Assembly (NCBI GenBank): GCA_963792535.1
Contig: CAWBWQ010000001.1
Coordinates: 32,001 to 96,000, forward strand
From: an uncultured Phycisphaerales bacterium
Lineage (GTDB): Bacteria > Planctomycetota > Phycisphaerae > Tepidisphaerales > Tepidisphaeraceae
DNA length: 64,000 nt
Direction: 5' to 3'
The notes beneath the pieces were generated by a model, which was not told where the DNA came from, did no database searches, and saw only the letters and a program-made list of their open reading frames with translations. The position numbers and the translations under genes are program-made. Below are positions 1 to 13,306 of this stretch, one piece after another. The stretch's first letter is position 1; each line of letters opens with the position of its first letter.

Positions 1-1035
1 AATCACTTCGCACATGAACGCGGGCTTTTGAATGTACCGCGGTGCCGAAGCGATTCCTTTTGCCTTCAAAAGTTTGGCCAGTTCGACCGGGCCACCGGGA
101 AATACTTTTTTGTCCACGCGGAGGCAATACTTCCACCAGGTGCAGACATTGCCCGGATGAACCAGCGGTGTTTCTAAACCACGTATGTCTTTGAGCTTGG
201 CCGATAGTTTGTCTGCCATGGCGGTGCGGGCCTCTGCAACGCCCCTGAGCTTGGGCAGTTGAGCCACCGCAACCGCGCCCTGCAGCTCGGTCATGCGGTA
301 ATTCAAAGCGATGAAATAGTGGTCCGGGTTCGGATCGCCGTAGCCCCAGGCCTTGTTAATGAACAGGTAAATGCGACGGGCGATCGCCGGGTCATTGGTC
401 GTACAGATTCCACCTTCGCCGGTGGTGATATGCTTGCCTTGTTGCAGGCTGAAGCAACCCACCGTGCCAAACGATCCTACATATTTGCCATGATGCGTGG
501 CCATGAAGGATTGAGCGGTGTCTTCAATCACCGGAATTTTATATTTATTCGCCAGCGCCATGATGGCGGTCATATCGCAGGGATTTCCGAACAGATGCGT
601 GACGATGATCGCCTTGGTCTTCGGGCTGATGCGTGCAGCAATACTCTCAGCGGTGACGTTGTAAGTGTGCGGATCAACATCGGCAAAGACAGGAATCGCG
701 CCCTGGAAGATGATCGGAGTCAGCGCGCCCATGTCTGTGATCGACGTGGTGATGATTTCATCACCGGGCTCGGGATTCAAAGCGGCGATCGCGCAATGCA
801 CCGCGGCCGACCCGCTGGAGCAGGCCCAGGCGTATTTCACGCCCAGGAGTTCAGCGAACTCTTTTTCCAGCGTTTTTACAAACTCACCTTTGGTGCTGGT
901 CAGCGTTCCGGTGCGAAGGGCAGCGGTTACGGCTGCAATTTCCTCTTCGCCCAGCGTGCGACCGGTCGCGTCCTGATCGTTTGGAAGAACCATAAGTTTC
1001 TTTGGTGCAATTGTTGGAGAAGCCATAGTTGTCAT
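1..1035 (-). CDS. DegT/DnrJ/EryC1/StrS family PLP-dependent sugar aminotransferase (3' end runs off the window)
   Basis: Not in the ORF track because it has no stop in the window. Manual translation gives MTTMASPTIAPKKLMVLPNDQ...CSSGSAAVHCAIAAL..PGDEIITT...VIEDTAQS...FSLQQGKHITTGEGG...NYRMTELQGA, which are the typical DegT motifs including the PLP-binding Lys. Confidence 0.93.
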   Translation of the reverse strand, partial: MTTMASPTIAPKKLMVLPNDQDATGRTLGEEEIAAVTAALRTGTLTSTKGEFVKTLEKEFAELLGVKYAWACSSGSAAVHCAIAALNPEPGDEIITTSITDMGALTPIIFQGAIPVFADVDPHTYNVTAESIAARISPKTKAIIVTHLFGNPCDMTAIMALANKYKIPVIEDTAQSFMATHHGKYVGSFGTVGCFSLQQGKHITTGEGGICTTNDPAIARRIYLFINKAWGYGDPNPDHYFIALNYRMTELQGAVAVAQLPKLRGVAEARTAMADKLSAKLKDIRGLETPLVHPGNVCTWWKYCLRVDKKVFPGGPVELAKLLKAKGIASAPRYIQKPAFMCEVI

Positions 1036-1041
1036 AAAAAA

Positions 1042-2147
1042 TTACCTCTTTCCCTCTCGTGCTCCATCGCCTCGGCTCGTGCGGTACGTTGTTGTGCCGA
1101 GATGGAACATCTGTTCAAAATAACACTTATTCTGCAGTGAAATGAGCCCGCAACTGAGCAGCTGCACCGAGGCCAGCAGGCTGAGTCCACCTATGATGAA
1201 GGTGTGCGGCCATAGCTGCCACGCCTGTGAAAGGCTGCGTGCCTGAATGGTGTCGATCAGCATCCACAATGCGCACCAGGCAAACAGCGCCAGCGCTGTA
1301 ATGCCGGGCACCAGGAAAAACATGATCGGTCGATAAAGGAATCCCGAGACCAGCAATGTCACCACATACTTGGTGATCCGCATGCTCGATCGGCGAACGG
1401 GTTTATTTGCCACCGCCTGCGGGTCGGGCAGATGCCATTTCAACACCGCGGGGATTTCTTCGATGCGGGCCCGCAGCACCATGGCCTTGTAGAGAATCTC
1501 GCTGTTGACTTCCATCCCCATCGAATAGAAGTCGAGGGTACGGAGGAATTTTGCATCGTAGGCCCGCACCATGCCGGTCAATGTTTTAAGCCGACCGTGC
1601 GAGGCAATGGACAGAAACTTGTTAGCCCCAACGCTGAGAATTCGGCGGAATTCCGGAACGTTTTCGACAGCGCCCCCGGCCAGGTACGGCGAAGCAATGA
1701 CGATCTTCGCGGCGTTTTGCGAAGCGTATCCACCAGTCGCTCGATATGATCCGGTGAATAACTGAGATCCATATCGATCGTGACAATGTAATCGCCCTGG
1801 CATTCGTTGAAAGCGAATTTGAGCGCCTGACCCAGCCCGAAGTTCACCACATGATCCAGCACAAAGATATTGGTGCGCGTGGCGGCAAACGATTTGGCCA
1901 GAATGCTGGTGTCGTCTTTACTTCCGTCGTTGACGACAACCATTTCCCAGTCGTATCTGTCTTCCAGTGACTGCATGTAGTCGCAGAGCACCTTAAGGTT
2001 GCTCTGAACCACCGCTGCCTCGTTGTAGGCCGGAACAACCAGCGACACCAGCGGTTTACCGCGGGCGGCGGTGTCGTCGACAATAGGTGCGGTGTCGTGA
2101 TCCATGCTTTGCCGGGCGACGAGTATGGGTTTGATCTCGTTGGACAT
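1042..2147 (-). CDS. GT2 family glycosyltransferase (DPM1/ArnC-like) with C-terminal TM helices; one apparent frameshift near 1711
   Basis: ORF 1578..2147 has VVPAYNE, VVNDGSKD and TIDMDLSY. ORF 1042..1803 continues with KIVIASPY...RIEEIP and two hydrophobic helices. Joining them needs one base. Confidence 0.88.
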
Positions 2148-2185
2148 ATCGAAACAGCAGCAAAAAGCTTAAACGCGACAGTTGG

Positions 2186-3367
2186 TCACACCGATGGAAC
2201 CAGTTCCTCTTCGGCAACAGTCGCAACGCTGGCCGCGATCGCCGCTACAATTTTCTGGGCGGCCGAACCGTCTCCAAACGGATTGGGGATCGACAATACC
2301 CTCCGCGTCCAGCTGGTTGGGCTTAAAGCCTCCTTCAATGCATCGGCTAAAAGTTCGGGGCTCCCAACTAAACGGGCGCAACCAGCATCAACTGCTTCGC
2401 TGCGCTCGGTATTTTCGCGCAACACCAATAATGCTTTGCCCAGTGTCGGCGCTTCTTCCTGTACCCCGCCTGAGTCGGACACGATCAGCCAGGCCCTGGA
2501 CATCATCACTACAAATTGCTGGTAGTCGAGCGGGGGGATCAGATGCACGCGATCGCAGGAGCTGAGGATTTCGCGGGCCGGCCCACTCACGGATGGATTG
2601 GGATGCATCGGAAAGATGAGGGCGGTCTTCGGATGCGATTGGACGAAGTCCCGCAGCACCTTGAGGTTGTCCGCCATCTTCTCACCGAAACTTTCCCGCC
2701 GATGGGTGGTCAGCAGAATCCGGTCGAGTCCTTCAGTATTGTCGAGCAGTGCGCGAGTTGTCTCTGAAGGCTGGGCGCGATGCAGCATGTGAAGCAGCGC
2801 ATCCACAACCGTATTGCCGGTAAGGAAAATCGACGATGGCTCGATGCCTTCGGCAAGAAGCGTATTTTGATTATTGGTCGTCGCGGGAAAGTGGAGCGTT
2901 GCAATCCGCGAGATCAGTCGGCGGTTCATTTCTTCGGGAAATGGACTGTCGCGATGTCCGCTGCGAAGTCCCGCTTCAACGTGTCCCACCTGGATATGCC
3001 GATGAAACGCAGCCAGTGCCCCGGCAAACGCAGTGGTAGTATCGCCCTGCACGAGAACCAGATCTGGTTTTTCCTGAAGTAAAACCGGGTCCAGCGCGGA
3101 CAACACCCTGGCCGCCAGGCTGCTGAGTGTTTGATTGGGCTGCATGACTTTCAGATCGTGGTCGACTCGAAGGCCCAGGTCGCGAACCAACGGATGCAGC
3201 AGATCCGTGTGTTGCGATGATGAGACGTTAATTGTTTCAAATCGTTCGGTACGCGATTCCAGTTCGCGGATCACCGGCGCTAGTTTGATAACTTCAGGAC
3301 GTGTGCCGAACAGGGTCAAGACTTTGATCGGTCTGTCGGGGCCGTCGCTGTTGAGATCGGGAATCAT
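2186..3367 (-). CDS. wecB: UDP-N-acetylglucosamine 2-epimerase (non-hydrolysing)
   Basis: Motifs FGTRPEVIK, QGDTTT, HVEAGLRS, PFPEEMNR, TDSGG-like SDSGGVQEEAP and NPFGDG. Start chosen at the ATG behind a GGAG. Confidence 0.95.
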   Translation of the reverse strand: MIPDLNSDGPDRPIKVLTLFGTRPEVIKLAPVIRELESRTERFETINVSSSQHTDLLHPLVRDLGLRVDHDLKVMQPNQTLSSLAARVLSALDPVLLQEKPDLVLVQGDTTTAFAGALAAFHRHIQVGHVEAGLRSGHRDSPFPEEMNRRLISRIATLHFPATTNNQNTLLAEGIEPSSIFLTGNTVVDALLHMLHRAQPSETTRALLDNTEGLDRILLTTHRRESFGEKMADNLKVLRDFVQSHPKTALIFPMHPNPSVSGPAREILSSCDRVHLIPPLDYQQFVVMMSRAWLIVSDSGGVQEEAPTLGKALLVLRENTERSEAVDAGCARLVGSPELLADALKEALSPTSWTRRVLSIPNPFGDGSAAQKIVAAIAASVATVAEEELVPSV

Positions 3368-3629
3368 CTTATCTCCAGAACACATGCGCCGCGCATCGAA
3401 TGCACGGTTCACTCTGCACTGAATTGGGATCGACCATGCAAGCAGCTTGCTTTACCCATACCCCGGGCAAACACGAACGTTTTGTCGCCGATAAAAGCGA
3501 CATCTCACCACTGTGGGCATGGCAAAGTAGCACAACACTTCGCCAAGATCCATTAAATTGTGCTGGTTTCAGACCGGCAATTTTGCCTGCGAAAACGACG
3601 AACGGACCCTATATCGGCTGACACATCAC

Positions 3630-5297
3630 TTATCGCGGCAGGCGATAAACCGAGTAAGGTCCAGAAGAAAAGACCTTTGGAAAGGGATATTCAGTGCTGG
3701 AAATCAACCAACTTGCGCTGAACCGTTGCTGCAGCGCCAAAATGTCGGTGACCGACAGGTTGCGATAATGTGACCGGGCAGCCAGGTCCATGTTGCCGAT
3801 GTCGGCGTCGTTAGGATCCAGATGCGACAGATCACCCGTGAGAGCTTCCACGCGTTTTTGCCAGTCGCCCATGGCGTCGTAACGGTAGGCGTGCCAGTTG
3901 GCGATCAAGGGTCGGCGGATGAAATAGAACGCATCCGCGCGCGAGGGCGGCGCGATGACCACTGCATTTTCTGGTGTGTTTTCAACGATCCAGCCCCCAG
4001 CGGCGCGAAAATCGGGAGTCGATTCCAAGGCGTCGTCGGCGGCGCTCGCCTGCGTCGTCTGCGTCCACTCTATCGAGTGTAAATGCGATGCAATCGAACC
4101 GGCGACGCGGGCAACTGGGCTTGGCAATGCCAGGAAGATCACCGCGCCAAAACCGCCCAGGGCGAGCAACGCAGGTTCGCTGCGCTTTCCACTTCTCAGA
4201 ATTGCTGAGACGACCGACAGGAGTTGCCACGAGAAAAAAAGTATCGCCAACACCGCAAAAACGCGGATCGGATATAGCTTCACCAGGTCAAATCGACCCA
4301 GTGCCCGCGCGACGAACCCAAAGATACAAAACATGCCCAACGCCAGCTGGAACTGAAAAATCATCGCGGCGGTTCGTCCGCCGCGCTGCCACCGATACCA
4401 GGCGGCGAAGAGCAGCATGAGTGAGAGCAAGGCAACGTAAGGTCTGGCCATTGCGAACGGATCCAGGCAAAGCGGCAGGGCTGTTGTGACGAGGAATCGG
4501 GATTCTTCTGCCGTGATCGCGTGCGGGCCGGTAATCAGCGGCAGAGACGAGATCAAACCCGGCAGCGCAGCCAGTACCGCGCAGGCGCCGAACACGAGTG
4601 AGCGTCGAAATCCAAGGTTCCACAGGACCGTCCAACCGATTGCAGCCCCACCCCACATGCCCACAGCGGAATGAAACGAAAAGGACAAGCCCGCGAGCAA
4701 GCCGGCGATGATGAGCTGCCTTTGCATCGCGCGATGATACGTTTCATCATCGGAGTCGATGCATTTGCATCGCAAAGCTGCATCGAGCGCGAAAATGAGG
4801 CAGATATAGGCCGGGCATTTGGCTTCAAATGATCCGATGACCCACTCCGTCCACGGGGTTGTCGGAAGCGCCTGCCTTTGCATCATCCAGAAGAGAATAC
4901 CCAGCCATATTTTCCAGGAGGATATCCTGAAATGTTCACCGAGTCTGAACAGCCCAATGAAGGTTAATGTCCAGCAGATGAATCGTCCCGCCCATGCTGC
5001 CCATTCGAGTGGCATCAGCAGTGTCAACCAGCCCGAAGCGAAATTGAAGAACCCATGTCCAGCGGTCGGTTCGAGGAACGTCCAGTCACCTGCCATGAAA
5101 TGTGGATGCCACGCCTTATAAACGTAGAGGAGATAAACCAGTTCATTCCCACTGGGAACACGAACACCCTCACGATTGAGGAAAAGCGCGTAAACCAGGA
5201 GCGTCATCAACTGGAATCTGCGGCTGCTCAACAGCGCGAGCACCTTTTCGGTCGTTGCGCGGTGCTCAGCAAATGGCAGGGATACAAGCTCGGACAT
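3630..5297 (-). CDS. Polytopic membrane protein with C-terminal soluble domain (DUF6798-like; possible GT-C-type glycosyltransferase)
   Basis: Many hydrophobic segments followed by a soluble tail (WIVENTPENAVVIAPP...F.RR...W..RVEAL). Lies upstream of and co-oriented with the glycan genes. Start and function are uncertain. Confidence 0.6.
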   Translation of the reverse strand: MSELVSLPFAEHRATTEKVLALLSSRRFQLMTLLVYALFLNREGVRVPSGNELVYLLYVYKAWHPHFMAGDWTFLEPTAGHGFFNFASGWLTLLMPLEWAAWAGRFICWTLTFIGLFRLGEHFRISSWKIWLGILFWMMQRQALPTTPWTEWVIGSFEAKCPAYICLIFALDAALRCKCIDSDDETYHRAMQRQLIIAGLLAGLSFSFHSAVGMWGGAAIGWTVLWNLGFRRSLVFGACAVLAALPGLISSLPLITGPHAITAEESRFLVTTALPLCLDPFAMARPYVALLSLMLLFAAWYRWQRGGRTAAMIFQFQLALGMFCIFGFVARALGRFDLVKLYPIRVFAVLAILFFSWQLLSVVSAILRSGKRSEPALLALGGFGAVIFLALPSPVARVAGSIASHLHSIEWTQTTQASAADDALESTPDFRAAGGWIVENTPENAVVIAPPSRADAFYFIRRPLIANWHAYRYDAMGDWQKRVEALTGDLSHLDPNDADIGNMDLAARSHYRNLSVTDILALQQRFSASWLISSTEYPFPKVFSSGPYSVYRLPR

Positions 5298-5456
5298 ATG
5301 AAGCTCGTATCGGTAGAAATCGATCACTGCTTGCAGCGTGTACGCAAATCTCCGTATTTGGCGTCACCTTGTCCCGTGTCGCGGCCGATAACTTGCGGAA
5401 TCGCGATGGAGCGGTGCCTCTTCCATCGCTCGTTTTTCGGCCTTACGCTTAAGACC

Positions 5457-6278
5457 ATGTCTATGACCCGAAGGCGTCGACGAGGTTTTATTACGGTTTT
5501 AGTGTTGCTCGCTTTCTTTGCGCTTTTGTTCTTTATTGGAAATTACGCGGTTTCGACCGGACCCGCCGAGGGAAGCACGCTATTTGGCATTCCAGCCGCG
5601 CAACATCCTGGGCGGTATTTGCGCATTGGCACATTCAACATTGACGGCGGACTGGGAATCGACGGGAAAGTAGACCTGGCGCGCACCGCCAGCTGCCTGC
5701 AGAGGCTGGATTTCATCGGCATGAACGAAGTGCATGGTTTCATATTCGAACAACCCGAAAATCAGGCCGAGGCCCTCAGCCCTTTGCTGCATCTGCCGGG
5801 TTTATTTGTGCCGGCCGAAAAGCAGTGGGGGCATGACACCTTTGGCAATGCCATCTTTTCCGATTTGCCTGTTACGCGCTGGCAACGTGTGGTGCTGCCC
5901 AGCCAGCCTTTTCACGCCAAGCGAAATTATCTGCTGACCGAAGCGCAGTGGCATGATCAAACGATTCACATCCTCACGACGCACACAGATTGGAAATCGG
6001 GCGGCGTAGCGCAGTTCCAAATCGTGCGAGATCTCTTTTTGAAACTGCCAACGCCGGCGATCTTAATGGGCGATCTGAACACGCCTCGGTCGGATCCATT
6101 GATAAAAAATCTGGAAGCGACGCCAGGCGTGGAGGAAGCGGTTGGTAAAATTCTCGATCCTATTCCCGGGCGGGTTGACTGGATATTCCTGCGCGGGTTG
6201 AGCACCGTCGATGCCGGTCAGGTCGATCTTAAGGCGTCAGACCATCCCGCGTATTGGGCGTCTGTGACTGTAAAATAG
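5457..6278 (+). CDS. Endonuclease/exonuclease/phosphatase (EEP) family protein with N-terminal membrane anchor
   Basis: Motifs TFNI, MNEV, GNAIFS, TTH, MGDLN, RVDWIF and SDH. Start moved from 5055 to the ATG before the Arg-rich stretch and TM helix. Confidence 0.9.
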   Translation: MSMTRRRRRGFITVLVLLAFFALLFFIGNYAVSTGPAEGSTLFGIPAAQHPGRYLRIGTFNIDGGLGIDGKVDLARTASCLQRLDFIGMNEVHGFIFEQPENQAEALSPLLHLPGLFVPAEKQWGHDTFGNAIFSDLPVTRWQRVVLPSQPFHAKRNYLLTEAQWHDQTIHILTTHTDWKSGGVAQFQIVRDLFLKLPTPAILMGDLNTPRSDPLIKNLEATPGVEEAVGKILDPIPGRVDWIFLRGLSTVDAGQVDLKASDHPAYWASVTVK

Positions 6279-6356
6279 AAAGCGAATTGCGATAAACTAA
6301 CAAGATCCGGTCTTCGTTTTGCATCTCCCATTTCGTTACTTAACTGAGGAACTAAA

Positions 6357-6521
6357 ATGCAGAACTTCATGCGGAACGCGCGTTGGTGGGTCTTGGTTTT
6401 CATTATCGGAGGCAGCGGAATTACAACATTAAGCGGTTGTTTCTTCGATGACCGCGACCACCACGGGGACCATCATCGGGCGGACGACTACCATGACGAG
6501 GACCACGGCGATCGCCGGTAG
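6357..6521 (+). CDS. Small (54 aa) His/Asp-rich putative lipoprotein
   Basis: Manual translation: MQNFMRNARWWVLVFIIGGSGITTLSG|CFFDDRDHHGDHHRADDYHDEDHGDRR*. GAGGA RBS upstream and an LSGC lipobox. Too short for the ORF track. Confidence 0.7.
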   Translation: MQNFMRNARWWVLVFIIGGSGITTLSGCFFDDRDHHGDHHRADDYHDEDHGDRR

Positions 6522-6610
6522 CGTCGACAGGCGTCCGTTTTAGCCTAGCGGTGTAAGGCGACCGCTGAGGTGCTGGTCGTTTCTGCCTTTTTTCTGCATA
6601 AGATGGCTTC

Positions 6611-7823
6611 GTGCCAGTAATCTTTCTCATCCTATCGGCGGTGGTGGCAGCGAACCTGACGTGGTGGCGCTGGGCGGATGCGCCTGCAGCGTTTCAGATC
6701 CGGCGGGCTCTGGCGCAGCCTGTTGGCCCTTTTCACGCTCGCCCAATTCGCGTATCTGGCTCTGCTGGCATCGCCGCGCTTATCACATGCGACGCAGCGT
6801 TGGATCCCGATTCCCTTCGTCGCCACCACCTATCTCTGGAGCTTGCTAGTTTTGCCGGTGACGTTACTTGCGATGGGAATTGCCAGACTCACGAGCTGGG
6901 TTCCAAGGCGTTCTTCAACGATGATCGCGCCGGGAAGCCGCGCGGATTCGCCCAGTCGACGGCAGGTTCTAAGCGCGACCGCCATCGCACTGCCTCCCCT
7001 GGTAACCGCAGGCCTGGTCCTTCGGGCGATGCCTCAGCTAAGCACTTTTCGCATCCATTCCCTTCATCTGAATGTGCCTCATCTGCCCGCAGCACTTGAA
7101 GGCCTTCGCATTGCGCACGTGAGCGATCTGCATGTCGGCCGCTACACGCGAAGGGGACAAATCCCGGCCTTGGTGGAAGCGGTTAACGGCTTAAAATCTG
7201 ACCTGATTTTATTCACCGGCGACCTGATCGATATATCTCTGGAGGATTTGCCACGCGGTATTGATGCGATGAAACGCATTCAATCGCATGGTTGCATGGC
7301 GATGATCGAGGGGAACCATGACCTGATCGACAACGCTGATGAATTTGATGCGCGTGTGCGTGCCGCAGGATTGCCGTTGCTGGTAGACCAGGCGATGACG
7401 GTGCGAGTTCGTGGTGAACCGATCCAGTTGCTCGGCACCCGCTGGGGTGAAGCAACCGGCAATCGGCGGCGCGCGAGCGAGGCCGCCTTTAAGCAGTCGG
7501 TCTCACGCTTAGTTCAGCTGCGTGATCCAAACGCGTTTCCCATTTTGCTGGCCCATCATCCTCATACGTTTGATTCAGCCGCCGCTGCCGGATTCCCACT
7601 GGTCCTGTCGGGGCATACGCATGGCGGGCAACTGATGGCCACGCCGAGCATCGGCTTTGGCCCGCTTTTTTACCGGTATTGGTCGGGGTTATATCGCATA
7701 AACCAAAGCCAGTTGGTGGTAAACAACGGTGTGGGGAACTGGTTTCCCCTTCGTGTGAATGCGCCGGCGGAAATCATCGAAATCACGTTACATTGCGATC
7801 GACCGGGCCGAGCCAACGCTTGA
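6611..7823 (+). CDS. Membrane-anchored calcineurin-like metallophosphoesterase (YkuE-like); apparent frameshift near 6682
   Basis: Motifs SDLH, TGD, GNHD, LAHHP and SGHTHGGQ, plus N-terminal TMs and an internal SRRQVL Tat-like motif. The first TM helix lies in the frame starting at 6611. Confidence 0.9.
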
Positions 7824-9042
7824 AAAGAATCGGTAAGGTTGCTCCCTGCACCAAAACCGAGAAGACCACGACACCAAAGACTGCAGCGATGAGTAATTCC
7901 CGCTGCGTGTTGGTCGGAGCAAGCGATAGCGCCATCGCAAGGGCAAGCCCTCCGCGGAGTCCGCCCCAGGTGAGGATGGCAACGCGATGGCGGCTGGCGA
8001 CGTCCTCGCGTTGCCCCAGCAGCGATATAGCCCAGCCGCAGGTGACGACACTGAACCAGCGGGCAAAAAGGACGATCATCACCGAAAGCAGCTGCACCAG
8101 TGACTCCCACGCACCAAGCTTCATCTGCAATACCGCGAGGCCTACCAGCAGAAACAAGACAGCGTTCAGGGTCTCGTCAACCAGCTCCCAGAAGTCATCC
8201 AGGTGCCTTCGCGTGTTTTCCGACATGGCGGCATGACGCCCATGGTTTCCGATGATAATTCCCGCAACCACTGCGGCGATTGGGCCCGACACATGCATTG
8301 CGTCAGCCAGGGTATATCCCCCCATTGCCAGCGCGAGGGTTAGCAGGACTTCCACCTGGAAATTATTGACCTGTCGAAGCAGCTGGAAAACCAACATCCC
8401 CCCCAGCAGCCCAACTCCGGCGCCGCCGAGGGTCTGTACCAGAAACGCCATGGGAACGCCGCTCCAGTGAAGTCCCTGCGGTGTTCCGACACTGAGCAGC
8501 ACCGTGAACAGGACAACACCCACGCCGTCATTGAATAATGATTCACCGCCGATGATTGCTTCAATTTCCGCCGGGGCGTTGACGCCTTTTAGAAATCCCA
8601 TGACCGCAACCGGATCGGTGGGCGAGATCACCGCGCCGAATATGGCGCAATCGATGAATGGAACATTGGTTTTGATCGCGCGACAAATTATGTAAGCGAT
8701 CGCAGCGATGGTGAAGGTCGATACGAGCGTGCCGGCAAGGGACAGAACGCCGACGGACAGCCACTGGTTTTTCAGTTCGCTGAGGTTCACGCGCATCGCT
8801 CCGGCGAAAAGCAGGCCACCGAGCATCCAGTGAAAAAGCGCTTCGTTCAGATCGATCCGAAAGCTGCTTGTCAGCATGATCGCGCCCGGCCACAAAATCT
8901 GCCACCCCCGCCATGCGAGCGACACAAGCAGCGACTGCAGCATGATCCCCACAGTAGGGTGTAGACGCAGGAAGCGATGGTTGATGAACGCAAAGAGCGC
9001 CGCAAGAGAAATGAGAATGGCGACGATCTGAAATGAGTTCAT
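7783..9042 (-). CDS. CPA1 family Na+/H+ antiporter (NhaP-like)
   Basis: Motifs FGAVISPTDPVAV, GESLFNDG and WGGLRGGLALAMAL, with about 12 TM helices. Confidence 0.93.
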   Translation of the reverse strand: MNSFQIVAILISLAALFAFINHRFLRLHPTVGIMLQSLLVSLAWRGWQILWPGAIMLTSSFRIDLNEALFHWMLGGLLFAGAMRVNLSELKNQWLSVGVLSLAGTLVSTFTIAAIAYIICRAIKTNVPFIDCAIFGAVISPTDPVAVMGFLKGVNAPAEIEAIIGGESLFNDGVGVVLFTVLLSVGTPQGLHWSGVPMAFLVQTLGGAGVGLLGGMLVFQLLRQVNNFQVEVLLTLALAMGGYTLADAMHVSGPIAAVVAGIIIGNHGRHAAMSENTRRHLDDFWELVDETLNAVLFLLVGLAVLQMKLGAWESLVQLLSVMIVLFARWFSVVTCGWAISLLGQREDVASRHRVAILTWGGLRGGLALAMALSLAPTNTQRELLIAAVFGVVVFSVLVQGATLPILFKRWLGPVDRNVT

Positions 9043-9186
9043 GGCCGGTTGAAAAATATTGCCGCAGACCAAGGCAAAAAGACACAGAGCGTAGCGATAA
9101 ATCGGTGCGTGCCGCGCCTTGCCGGCGTGAAACCACAAGCGCGGAATTCGCCGGTCTGATGAAATCGTCGGCGTCGTTTCAGTCGA

Positions 9187-10068
9187 TCAGTTGGTCGGAT
9201 CCCAGTGCCGCAGCGGAGGATACTGAATGAATTCGCGGGTGACATACTCGGCGTGCCCGTCACAAAACGCTGCATTGCCCTGACCATGCGTGTTGGGAAT
9301 GTTCTCAGTGTCTTTGCTGGAATAAACATTGTCAGGATGATGGACCAGACTGTCGTGCCGAACAGCCAGCCAATCACTGTGGGCACCGGCCGCGACAAGA
9401 CTGATATTATTACTGATTCCAGGGCCGGCAGCATTGCTGGCGAATCCCACGACCGCACAGGCTCCATCATTAATGGTGACTTCGCTTTCTTCCAGCATCA
9501 GGACAGTCGAGGACGGGTGCCGAATCGAGGTATTTTTAGCCGCACGGTAGCCCATCCATGCGTATGCCACCGGGTCCACTCCCGCGACCTGATCGGAGAG
9601 TAGATAATTCATGGAGTAGCTGTACGGATAGTTCACTGCCACACCAAAGCAGAGATTTTTCGGGTGAATCGACAAATCGTCGGAAGGGCAAATCCAGTTG
9701 CTGGCATTAAAATGGTTTCCCATATATTTCACCAGTGCGCCATTATCCAGCGTTCGCGGTCGGGCTGGATATGAATACTGCGACGGATCCCAGGCGGAGG
9801 CAGGTTGTTGCCAGAAGATGTAATCGTCGGGGTTCTGCTGGAGGAAGCTTGCAGTGGCGGGGTAATAACCTTTGTTGTCATTGGCGTACATGTACATCGC
9901 CACCCCGATCATCTTCAGATTGCTCAGGCATTTGATCTTGTTGGCCGACTGCCGAGCACGCTGAAGCGAAGGAAGAAGGATCGAAATCAACAGCGCGATA
10001 ATGCCTATGACGATCAGAAGTTCGACCAGTGTAAATCCACGGCGTGGTAAACGTCTGCGGTGACTCAT
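9187..10068 (-). CDS. Prepilin-type N-terminal cleavage/methylation domain protein, DUF1559 / H-X9-DG family
   Basis: [26 protein letters not shown]...KCLSNLK, an internal YSMN and a C-terminal [12 protein letters not shown]. Confidence 0.92.
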   Translation of the reverse strand: MSHRRRLPRRGFTLVELLIVIGIIALLISILLPSLQRARQSANKIKCLSNLKMIGVAMYMYANDNKGYYPATASFLQQNPDDYIFWQQPASAWDPSQYSYPARPRTLDNGALVKYMGNHFNASNWICPSDDLSIHPKNLCFGVAVNYPYSYSMNYLLSDQVAGVDPVAYAWMGYRAAKNTSIRHPSSTVLMLEESEVTINDGACAVVGFASNAAGPGISNNISLVAAGAHSDWLAVRHDSLVHHPDNVYSSKDTENIPNTHGQGNAAFCDGHAEYVTREFIQYPPLRHWDPTN

Positions 10069-10270
10069 GGATGAAATCCCGACCCGCGTGACTCAGGTTA
10101 AGCGATCCTGCCCAGTATTTCAGTAGACAGAGATACTAATACATGCCGTTTGCGAGACAAGGACAAAACAGAGAACTATCTCCACCTTTGCAGGGATTTA
10201 ACATCGTCGCCTGCTGAAAAACGTGGACAAACTCGATAACGCCCGCTCGACACCGCTCGATTGCCGGCGC

Positions 10271-10300
10271 AAAAAAAGCCCGAGCCAATGGCCCGGGCTT
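10271..10300 (-). terminator. Rho-independent terminator downstream of clpC
   Basis: On the minus strand: GCCCGGGCC-ATT-GGCTCGGGC (9-bp stem with one G-U) followed by T7, about 30 nt after the clpC stop. Confidence 0.85.
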
Positions 10301-10329
10301 CTAGCTGATTAGATTCATCAGTCAGCAGT

Positions 10330-12849
<2,520 letters not shown>

Positions 12850-13306
12850 GTCCATCTCCTGTTGGTCGGCGATTAGCGCCGGCCCCTCATATCGACACGC
12901 GTAACAAGAAGCGTTCCCCGAACCGTTGCCGGGAGAATTTCTTTCACCGCGGATTGTAGACCGGATGTGCTGCTAATCAAGGAATGGCGGCACTGAGTTT
13001 GTTGCAACGCAATAGTATGTGTCGTGTCACAGCGGCGGGGTACACCGCGACAACCGCTGTGCAATTAACGGGCTCAGCGTTTCTGCAACCCTCATGGCTG
13101 TGTACGGGTTTTCCGTACAAGCGATGTGCTTTTAGACGGGAGTTGTCTTATGTGCGGTGTAGGGGTTTGCGAAGTTACCGTCGATTTCTGCACGTCATTA
13201 ACGGTCGTTGGCAATACCGCGGATGGTAAGGGATTGTCTACGTACAACCATGCTCATATAGCGGCGCGTAGTTTGTGGAGCTCCTCGCGTCACAGCGCAG
13301 GAGCTT

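Noticed and set aside
259..1140. 293-aa plus-strand ORF
   Set aside because: Antisense shadow of the DegT aminotransferase, with no motifs of its own.
5055..5456. Long N-terminal extension of the EEP ORF
   Set aside because: Overlaps the divergent membrane gene. The real start is more plausibly 5457, just before the TM anchor.
7783..7823. 41-bp convergent overlap of the metallophosphoesterase and antiporter 3' ends
   Set aside because: Short tail-to-tail overlaps are common, and there is no evidence of a regulatory role.
12960..12998. Possible CIRCE/HrcA operator upstream of clpC (TGCTAA ... GGCACT)
   Set aside because: The half-sites do not have the TTAGCACTC-N9-GAGTGCTAA orientation or spacing.
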